This document shows positions 10,594-18,490 of a stretch of 64,000 nucleotides of DNA, in pieces. A program made the translations under genes and the position numbers. The stretch is taken from positions 1,792,001-1,856,000 of the forward strand of contig OZ241362.1 of NCBI GenBank assembly GCA_965200315.1, given 5' to 3'. This DNA comes from Candidatus Latescibacterota bacterium. Its GTDB lineage: Bacteria; Latescibacterota; UBA2968; UBA8231. Below the pieces are notes generated by a model. The model was not told where the DNA came from. It ran no database searches and saw nothing but the letters and a program-made list of their open reading frames with translations. The first letter of the stretch is position 1, and every line of letters begins with the position of its first letter.

Positions 10594-11576
10594 TAGGCTT
10601 CCTCCACCGCCTGCAAGGCCGCGTGGATATAGCCAAAGGCATAGGCAAAACCAACTTTGCCCGGCTCCGGGCCGCTGATCCCGGGGACGTGATCCGGCAT
10701 GATCATATACTCGTAGCCGACTTCCTTGTACACCTTCAGAGCCCGAACCATATTGACATCGCCCTCGTCGGGAAAGACCTCGACGAAGTTACCCAAACCG
10801 CCTTTAATGTTGCGGAAGTGGACGTTGAAAATTTTCTTGCGCTCGCCAAAGTAGCGAATGACAGCGAAAATTTCCTCCGCCGGATTGACCAGTGCCTCGG
10901 ACATGCAGCCTTGGCAGAAATTCAGGCCGTTGTAAGGACTGTCGTAGAGCGCGATGAGCTTTTTGAAGCCCTCGACCATCCCCAAGGGACGCACCACGCC
11001 CCGATACGTATTGCCCACGCCAATGCCCGGGTCGGACGGATGGCAGGCCATCTGGACTTTGTATTCTTCGGCCACGGGTATGATCTCCTGCAGCCAGTGG
11101 TCAATGCGCTCCCACATTTCGTCTTCATCGGCCGGCCCGTCTTCAAATTCGCCCAGCGATTGGTCCAATTGGTCCAACTCAAAGGTCGATACGATGGCTC
11201 CCCCGCGCCCCGTCTTCGAGGGCGTCCGCAGGTGGCCCAAGATGGTGATGTTGTAGTTGAGGCCGCGGATGCCAGCCTCGCCTGCCATCCGCACCGTCTC
11301 TTTCATCGAGTCAATCTGGCGGTCGCGCTCGTCGCTCGGTTTGAGAAAGATCGCCCCGGCCTCGTTTTGGTAGGCACTGCGCGAGCCCAAGGGGATGTGA
11401 ATCATCTCCATGCTGATGCCGTGTTTGGCCCACCGCTCCTTCATCTGCAGCAGCATCTCCGTGCTCCATTCCCGCCACGGCGCGGAAGGAGTCTGATCGA
11501 CGTTTCTGATGCCGAGTTGCGACAAGACCTGCATTTCTTCGTCGGTCTGTTCCCCGAATTGCGATCCAATGTACAT
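10593..11576 (-). CDS. uxuA: Mannonate dehydratase family protein
   Basis: MACHPSDP, NGLNFCQG, IFNVHFRNIKG, FPDEGDVNM, MPDHVP, GYIHAAL. Confidence 0.75.
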   Translation of the reverse strand: MYIGSQFGEQTDEEMQVLSQLGIRNVDQTPSAPWREWSTEMLLQMKERWAKHGISMEMIHIPLGSRSAYQNEAGAIFLKPSDERDRQIDSMKETVRMAGEAGIRGLNYNITILGHLRTPSKTGRGGAIVSTFELDQLDQSLGEFEDGPADEDEMWERIDHWLQEIIPVAEEYKVQMACHPSDPGIGVGNTYRGVVRPLGMVEGFKKLIALYDSPYNGLNFCQGCMSEALVNPAEEIFAVIRYFGERKKIFNVHFRNIKGGLGNFVEVFPDEGDVNMVRALKVYKEVGYEYMIMPDHVPGISGPEPGKVGFAYAFGYIHAALQAVEEA

Positions 11577-11636
11577 AGCATATCCTCCAAGTGGTCGGTT
11601 TAGTAATGGACGATTAACATACGGCGGCGGCCAAAG

Positions 11637-12374
11637 TTAGCTCGGCGCATCCGCTTGAAAAAGCGTAATCCCCATCGCCAGATACTTGTCGCGTTCTTCC
11701 GGGCTAGTACCCGTTCCCATCGCCAGACTGATGCCAGTACCAGCCAACTGCGCGGCGACATTGCGCATACAGTCATCGACCGTGCGCAACGGATAGTCCG
11801 GATGATCCTCCAAGCTGAAGGAAAGGTCGTTGGGGCCGAACGTGACCACGCGCACACCCGGCTTGGCCAATTTGCGAATGTTGGTCACCGCTTCGACGGA
11901 TTCTACCTGGATCGCCAAAATCACGTAGTCATTCCACCACGCCGCATAGGCGCGGCGGTCGATCCCTTGAGTCGAGCCACGCAGACCGCGGCGATTTGCG
12001 CCGCCCCAACTGCGCCGCCCAACCGGGCCGTAATAGGCATAGGCAATGGCGTCGTCCACGGTCTCCGGCTCCATGACCTCGGGAATCAAGACCGCGCTGG
12101 GACCCAAGTCGAGATAGCGCCCGACCATGTGGGCCTGCCGAGTGTGCGGGATGCGCAATTGCACGTCGATATCCAGCTCTTCGGCCGCCCGGCAGTACGC
12201 GACCAATTGCTCTTCGCTGAAGGGAGTGTGCTGGCTGTCGATCCAGATGTAGTCGTACAGACCGGCAGACCATATATCGGCCAACTCCTCCTTGGTGGTG
12301 GTTAGCGAGCCGCGCAGGGCGGTGAGCACTTCGCCATCTTGCATGCGTTGTCTGAGCGTCTTCTTTGGCGTCAT
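11637..12374 (-). CDS. HpcH/HpaI aldolase family protein
   Basis: DYIWIDSQHTP, YLDLGPSAVLIPEV, YGPVGRRSWG, IQVES, FGPNDLSFSL. Confidence 0.85.
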   Translation of the reverse strand: MTPKKTLRQRMQDGEVLTALRGSLTTTKEELADIWSAGLYDYIWIDSQHTPFSEEQLVAYCRAAEELDIDVQLRIPHTRQAHMVGRYLDLGPSAVLIPEVMEPETVDDAIAYAYYGPVGRRSWGGANRRGLRGSTQGIDRRAYAAWWNDYVILAIQVESVEAVTNIRKLAKPGVRVVTFGPNDLSFSLEDHPDYPLRTVDDCMRNVAAQLAGTGISLAMGTGTSPEERDKYLAMGITLFQADAPS

Positions 12375-12462
12375 AATGACTCCTGTCTTAGTCGGCTAAT
12401 TGAATGGGAAAGAACCCGTGATTAGATTGGATGAAACCGCAAAGGAAGGTGAATAAATCGCC

Positions 12463-14348
12463 ATGACCGCGAAAGAGCTTTCTGCTATCCCGTACAGCAC
12501 ACCGGAGCAACTAGTACAGGACTTCGCCAGCCGCGGGCTGGTCGTCCTAGCCCCGGAAAGCCTCGGCATTCCAGCCGCCGTCCACGAGCGAATCTATCGG
12601 CGCGAAAAACAGGCGGTCGGCTCCAGCGAGCGCGTAACGCCCGAACTCATCCCAGACGTACTCGAAGTAATCAACGCCTCTGGCGTCGTCGCGGCCTGCA
12701 ACCAATTAGTCGGCGAGCACTGGGCCATTGTGCCGTTTACCCACAATGCGACCTTTACCAGCGGCGGCCGCGACCAGCACTGGCACAAGGACGACAACGG
12801 CCCGTTCAACGGCCGCAAACAGCACCACCACCAAGCCGTGCAAATCGAAATGCTGTACTATCCGCAGGCCGTGCGCGAGGACATGGGCCCGACCGCGACC
12901 GTGCCCTACTCTCACTACTGGACCTTCAACCACGAAGAAAACCACGACAATTTCGCCGGAGCCGATCACCTCGATTTCGGCTACCACCTCAGCGGCATGG
13001 AGGGCGAGCTAGTCAGCGGCCCCGATTCCCAATACGACCCCAGCGATATTGTCCAGCGCCGCACCGCGCACGACGTGCGCCTGCGGGAGGCGGTCACCAA
13101 CCTACAGTGGCCACTCGTGCAGCCTTTTGAAGTGGCACCACTGCGCACCGGCAGCGTCGTGTTGTACTCTCACAATACCTTCCACCGGGGCAACCACCGC
13201 CGCGACGATTGGCGCACTTGGAAAGACAACCCGCGCTTCATGTGGCGTTTCTGGATCTATCGCACCACCGATCCCGCCGGCGGCCATGGCTCGCCGAGCG
13301 CAGTGCATTGGAACGGGCTTGGCGTGGACCCGCTGACCCGCATCGACAGGTCTGCGGCCAACGACGACGTCACCTCGGTTTGGCGCTATCACCACCACTG
13401 GATGCAGACGGGCCAAACGCCGCCGCCGCGACCCGAGGCCACCGCCCTATCGTCGGCGGACCGAGAAGCGGAGGCCAACCGCTTATTGGCCCAGCTACAC
13501 GCCCAAGGCGAAGCGGCCGAGCCTGCGCGCATTGGCGCGGCGTACAAACTGGCCTCCATCGGCGACCCGGCACTAGCGGTGCGGCTGCTCGGTCAGGCTC
13601 TGTACAACGACCGAGAGAGTGTGCGGCGGGCCGCCACCTACGGCCTGATCGCCGTTGGCGCGGAGGCTACCGACACCTTGCTCAAAGCGGCGAATTCCCC
13701 CATCAAATGGGTCCGCAAGGCGGGCGTGTACGGCTTGGGGATGCCAGCCCCTCAACGAAGAGGTCTTGCAGACCGTAGCGACGCGCCTGCGCGAAGATCC
13801 GTCGGTATATGTCCGGGCCGTCGCCGCTGGTACCTTGGGCTGCCTCGGCCGCCGCGCAATCGCGACCGGGGTCGGCCGAGCACTGATTCCCGCCTGCCTC
13901 GAAGCACTGGTGCAGAGTCTGGGCCGTGAGGAAAACCGGCTGGCCATGGACCGGGCGCAAGGGCGGAGCATAAAGTTCGTGCGGCCCACCGATGAGTGCG
14001 ATGTATGCGAGGGGGGGTGGCGTCGATTTTGGCCTCGAGCGATTCAAGCCGGTGCGCTCGGCCGTGCGCGAGAACGCGCTGTGGTCCATGGTCATCCTCT
14101 GTTCCCACGGTACCGCGATTGCCGGCCCGGCCCTAGGGCCGACCGCCCGGGCCTTGCAAGCGGTCATCCGCCGCGACGACAACGCCATCTGCGTCGGATT
14201 GGCCATGGATGCGCTGGGCCGCCTAGCCCATTTGCATCCCGAGGGCGAAACCGCGAGTGGCCTGCAGGCGGAGGTCGCGGCGCTACTCGCAGAGTCGCCC
14301 ATGCGGTGTTGGGAATCCCTAGTCCGCAGCGGCCTCAGACCCGCATAG
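12463..14348 (+). pseudogene. PhyH-family dioxygenase fused to HEAT repeats; three homopolymer frameshifts (pseudogene or sequencing error)
   Basis: DQHWHKD, MLYYPQ, GPTA, HRGNHR, then HEAT repeats (ESVRRAATYGL, VYVRAVAAGTLG, VRENALWS). Continuity needs indels at ~13740 (G run), ~13750 (C run) and ~14015 (G run). Confidence 0.75.
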
Positions 14349-14441
14349 CGCAGATGTGTCAACACGTGCTATGCAGGCCAGCGAACCCACCCCCACTTGG
14401 CGCACCGACGGGCCTACGCTAAGACTCGGGATATAGCCGTC

Positions 14442-15320
14442 CTACATGGCTTGCGGCGCGTACCGGTTGGCAGGCGTGAACGCACTCCACTCGTCGGCCG
14501 GGCCATGGCCGGCGAGCCGATGGCTGTAGCGCATCTGCTTGGCTCCATTCCTGAAGCCGATGCCTTGGAAGTGAACCTGAATCTCCGGCGTGTTATCTGA
14601 GCAGGACACGGCTTGGGGCATCTCCAACAGATGCCCCGCCCTGACTTGGCGGATGACGATGCCCGGGGGCGTATAGCCGGGCTGATAGGCAATCAGCCCG
14701 GCCCGCGTTCCAAACCACAGCCGCCCGCGGCTATCGCGCAGAATGGCCTCGACGATGTTCTCAAGGGGGGACTTGCCCAGCCGGATGTTCTGAAATAGCT
14801 GACCGTCGCACTTTAGGACGCCCCCGCCGCTGGTCCCAATCCACAGACACCCTTCCTGCGGGTCGCTTACCTGCGCTAGAATGCCATTGGCCGACAGCTC
14901 GCCTTGGTCGGCCGTAAACTGATGCACCTCGTGGGATCGGTAGTCCCAAGCAAACAGGCCGTTGGCCGTCCCAATCCACAGCCGGGCCGCGTGGTCGCAC
15001 AACGCACTCACATAAGCGACGGTTGCTAGCTTGGGTATATCAGCCACGTGGAAACGGCCGTCCCGATACACGTAGAGCGCCGGGGTGCTCCCATAGATCC
15101 CAACCCACAAGGTGCCTTGGCTATCCTGCAAGGCAACTCGGCATTGATCAGGCCCCTGCCTGTCTGCTATGAAGCGGTTGCCTTCGATTCTTCCCAAGCG
15201 TCCCGTGGCCGTGCCGACCCGCAGGCGCCCGGCTAAGTCTGCGTACAGCATGATTTCTTGCGGGCCGAGGTCTTTCGCCACTTCGATCACTTGGGTTTCT
15301 GTATCCACCCTTTTGGGCAC
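14442..15320 (-). pseudogene. C-terminal part of two-component-regulator propeller (Reg_prop/Y_Y_Y) protein
   Basis: DSQGTLWVG, LWIGTANGL, LWIGTSGGGV, DSRGRLWFGTRAGL, then a truncated Y_Y_Y (YSHRLAG…EWS). Confidence 0.75.
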
Positions 15321-15456
15321 TGCTTTAGTATTTTCCTGTCGCCATCACCACAGCAGAGGCCGACTCTCCCGGGTCTCCTGCTGAATGCAATAGCCGTATC
15401 GTTACTTTGGGGTAGCTCCCCAATGACTCAAAGCGGTAAATAGGTAGGACCGTCCC

Positions 15457-15532
15457 GCACCTCTGCGTGGTGGTGGCAAGGCCCGGCTCTTAGTCGAGTC
15501 GGGTAAAATGCCACCATTTACAGCAGAGGTGC
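15457..15532 (+). promoter_or_regulatory. Long three-segment hairpin covering the RBS of the 15536 gene
   Basis: gcacctctgc/gcagaggtgc (10 bp), tggtggca/tgccacca (8 bp), gcccggctc/gagtcgggt (9 bp with G-U). The GAGGT SD lies in the 3' arm, and the ATG is 3 nt after the stem. Confidence 0.55.
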
Positions 15533-15535
15533 CCC

Positions 15536-15841
15536 ATGTTCCGTCCGTGCGTCTTTCTAGTCGCCGTTCTCTGCCTGGTCGCCTGCTCTAGGCATCAGGC
15601 TCTATTAGCCCCTCAAGAAGTTTCTACCGAATCAGGCCCCGCCATACGGTTGTCGTATGTGGCTAACCCCATGACCAATGGGACACGTTGCATGTATGAC
15701 CGGCCCGGACTGCTCTACTGGTCGCGCCTAGGCTTGACGGCGACCGTGCTATCAAAGGGGCAGTGGGTCTATCATACCTATACCTGGGATTACATCGGTA
15801 TTGAGCCTTCCGTTGGCGAAGTCTCCTATGGGATCAATTAA
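15536..15841 (+). CDS. Small hypothetical lipoprotein
   Basis: MFRPCVFLVAVLCLVAC signal with lipobox; SD GAGGT. Confidence 0.6.
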   Translation: MFRPCVFLVAVLCLVACSRHQALLAPQEVSTESGPAIRLSYVANPMTNGTRCMYDRPGLLYWSRLGLTATVLSKGQWVYHTYTWDYIGIEPSVGEVSYGIN

Positions 15842-16046
15842 TGGTCGAATCACTTTCCTTGGGGATAAACTCGCCATCTGGACACCGGAGTAATAGGTAG
15901 AAAGCGGGTAATTTTTAGCGTGGATACTCCCCTTCGCAAGGGGACAGATAGACGAGAGACGACATCCGCGCTCGTGGGGAGGTGGGGCGCGGCCGGCCTC
16001 CCCACACCTATTTTTACTCGTAGGCGAAAAGCCTTATATTCAGGAT

Positions 16047-16202
16047 ATGAAACAACCGCCTAAGCGTCCCCGCGATACCAACCAACCGGCATGGCAGATC
16101 GTCCAAGAGACGACGCGGCAGCCTTACTCTACTAAGTCTCATAGTCCTAAAGACACGACTGCGAAAAAGCGGGAATCTAAGAAGCAGTCAGAAGCTCAAT
16201 AA
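16047..16202 (+). CDS. 51-aa basic protein (KRPRDxNQ motif)
   Basis: Below the ORF-track cutoff: MKQPPKRPRDTNQPAWQIVQETTRQPYSTKSHSPKDTTAKKRESKKQSEAQ*. Followed directly by a terminator. Confidence 0.55.
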   Translation: MKQPPKRPRDTNQPAWQIVQETTRQPYSTKSHSPKDTTAKKRESKKQSEAQ

Positions 16203-16211
16203 ACCCATCTC

Positions 16212-16256
16212 ACGTAAAAAGGCTCCTAAGTATTTTACTCAGGGGCCTTTTTACGT
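16212..16256. terminator. Bidirectional intrinsic terminator
   Basis: acgtaaaaaggctcctaagta-ttt-tactcaggggcctttttacgt inverted repeat with A/T tracts on both sides, between convergent genes. Confidence 0.75.
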
Positions 16257-16272
16257 AAATAAGCCTTATTTA

Positions 16273-16614
16273 TCAAAATTCAGGTTCAATAGAATCTTCT
16301 ATTGCAATTTTGCTCATGAGAGAGAAGGCAGATGAAAGTGAAAGTATAAACAGAGACAATGCTATAAAGTGAAAAAAACCTAAGACGTACGTAAAAGGCT
16401 CTAATCCCTCATCTTGTAGCGCCAAGCGAGCAAATGAATATATAAAGTCTGCAACAACACTATACCATGATGCCAAAACAAACCAAAAAACAGGTAAAGA
16501 GGCCTTTAGTCCGTCAAAGCCAGTATTGCGGTTATAGTTAATCGCAAATACGATGCCAAGTAAGACAACAGCAATAGATAGAAGGGCATATGTTGAGGTT
16601 TCAGCGTATATCAT
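16273..16614 (-). CDS. Hypothetical 3-TM membrane protein
   Basis: 113 aa with three hydrophobic segments; ATG overlaps the upstream TGA; low GC. Confidence 0.7.
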   Translation of the reverse strand: MIYAETSTYALLSIAVVLLGIVFAINYNRNTGFDGLKASLPVFWFVLASWYSVVADFIYSFARLALQDEGLEPFTYVLGFFHFIALSLFILSLSSAFSLMSKIAIEDSIEPEF

Positions 16615-17192
16615 AATTCCTCGAATTGGGTCGGGGACTGTCTAAATTTTCCAATAATAGCTCCTTTAGCTCTTGGAATATCATCGGGAGGAAAATTCTT
16701 GTACGAGAAATCTCTGTAACATCTCTCCCCGTCTCCAAGATGATGTGAAGAGAGAACCCCTTTTATCCATTCGTCTATCGCTTTATAATGAATATTGTTT
16801 GGACGTTTATTCCTGCGAATATAAATACTTACTTGGTTGTGGTCCTTGAATCTTTGAATAAATTTTAATTTTTGATCGGCTACATTGAAATAGCAACGAA
16901 TCCTAAACGATGGGTTCTTTTTGAGCTTGTCTTGAATCGCTTCGATGAATGGATCGTAATTATACGTCGATCCTTCAAAGAAGTCTCCATCGTCATAGAT
17001 TTCTATTTCTTCCTCGGCCTCTTTGACAAGACTCGTGGCGAGATTAGCAGCTTCAAGGTTGCTGTTGTGCTTTAAACGACTAAACCCTTCTGACCGAAGC
17101 GTTAGCGCACGTTTTGCGTGACGGATGATCCTGAGTCCCATCAGCACTGTAACAATGCCGATTACTATATAGGCAAGAAGTAGGGCGGTCAT
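16611..17192 (-). CDS. Hypothetical N-terminal-TM protein with putative PLD-superfamily-like domain
   Basis: TM residues ~3-22, then LVKEAEEEIEIY … FIEAIQDKL … RIRCYF … VSIYI … HYKAID, a pattern like a single PLD-fold domain. The fold call is inference. Confidence 0.6.
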   Translation of the reverse strand: MTALLLAYIVIGIVTVLMGLRIIRHAKRALTLRSEGFSRLKHNSNLEAANLATSLVKEAEEEIEIYDDGDFFEGSTYNYDPFIEAIQDKLKKNPSFRIRCYFNVADQKLKFIQRFKDHNQVSIYIRRNKRPNNIHYKAIDEWIKGVLSSHHLGDGERCYRDFSYKNFPPDDIPRAKGAIIGKFRQSPTQFEEL

Positions 17193-17709
17193 AGGTCAAC
17201 TCTCTTTGGGATAGAAAGCAAATTGTGTACATGCTTGTCCGTAGCTTGTTGCCGTAGAGACAACGGCCAAGCATGAAGGGTAAAAGTGGAATTGATAAAA
17301 AGGGGAGTAGGCAGAAGATTCGTGGGAAATCTTCTAAAGACGCCTACATCGAGATAAGGCAAGAAGGATGTGGGGAGCATCCCTTTTTTCCTTAAATGAA
17401 TGAGTAAAATACAGCAAGCTCCTTGGAACAAAAGAGCTTATTAAAAGCCAAATGGACATAGAAATAGGCGTGTCAAAAATCTGTGTCAAGGGCAAAAATG
17501 CCGGTTTTTTTGTAAAAAAAAATGGGAAAATTTAATAAAAAAATACAAAAAATGGGACTATTATGTCAAGTTTTTAGCTCTTGTAGCCCCCAAACCTGTC
17601 AAGCTACCCAAATTGTAGCCTCTTAAATACTGCACAAGAATATAGTATAACTGCCTTAAATTACTTATATTTAAGGTATATCCAATTCGACTATCCATAG
17701 TCCCTTTCC

Positions 17710-18443
17710 TTATACCTCTTCGGTCGACGTACCGTAATTTACGGCCTCCGTCCCTTCACAAGCTGCGTCCGCATGGATAAAGTCGAGTTGTTGGCTGTGC
17801 GGATCGCAGCGGCCGATAACGGCTTCGGTACCAGTGTAGCAAAAGGCGTCCACAGCAGGCCGGACGCCGCTTGGGCGAATTTCCAAGGCCACTGCATCCC
17901 GCTGTTTCCGGTGCTCAGGTGCCGACCATCGAGGCTGATAACGCCTCGCTCCAGCGTTGCCAGCCACGTCGAACACCCTCCCTAGCGGCTGGCCGGCAAT
18001 TTCCGTCACGCGCTCTACGCACCGATCCCCAACAAACCAGCCCCCCAACAGCCAAGACCCGCACCGAGCCATCCGGCTGCGGTTGCAAGCCCACGATGTC
18101 GTCCCTGGGCAGCCCGCCCGTGTGAGGTGGTGTACGTCCGAAAGTGGTGGCCGTTGTATGCGGCTAGCCCGCCGCCGATCGTACCGAACAGCAACCGGCC
18201 GTCGGCGTCTTCGGCAATCGCCGTTGCGGTCAGATGGGGAAACCCGTCCGACAGGCCGAAGGTGTCGAAATGCGCTCCGTCGAATCGGCTTACGCCGCCA
18301 TCGGCGGTGGCGACCCACAGCATGCCGCGGCGACCTTGGTAGATGTCTTCTATCTGAATTCCGGCCAGCCCATCAAAGACCCTGTACTAGTGCCCTAAGA
18401 TGTGCGGCCTCGGGGCCTTTACAAATTCACTCGCGCTTTGCAT
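17710..18443 (-). pseudogene. N-terminal part of the same Reg_prop propeller protein
   Basis: MQSASEF…ILGH*YRVFDGLAGIQIEDIYQGRRGMLWVATADGGVSRFDG…IAEDADGRLLFGT; in-frame TAG and later frameshifts. Confidence 0.75.
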
Positions 18444-18490
18444 CGCATGGCCTTCTTTGGACCTACCCCTTCCTAAGCGGCCGCACCCGC

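Larger units (their letters stand above)
15320..17730. mobile_element. Foreign cassette replacing the middle of the propeller gene; no integrase or transposase retained
   Basis: Flanked by the two halves of one gene. Composition shifts sharply to AT-rich, especially 16200-17710, and the genes are orphans. Boundaries are approximate and no TSD was seen. Confidence 0.6.

Noticed and set aside
15842-16046. Hammerhead/HDV ribozyme or retron ncRNA
   Set aside because: No CUGAUGA/GAAA core or HDV pseudoknot could be built, and there is no reverse transcriptase in the window.
17189-17431. 80-aa ORF upstream of the PLD-like gene
   Set aside because: Weak TTG start, no RBS or motif; treated as non-coding leader, although its stop overlaps the next ATG.
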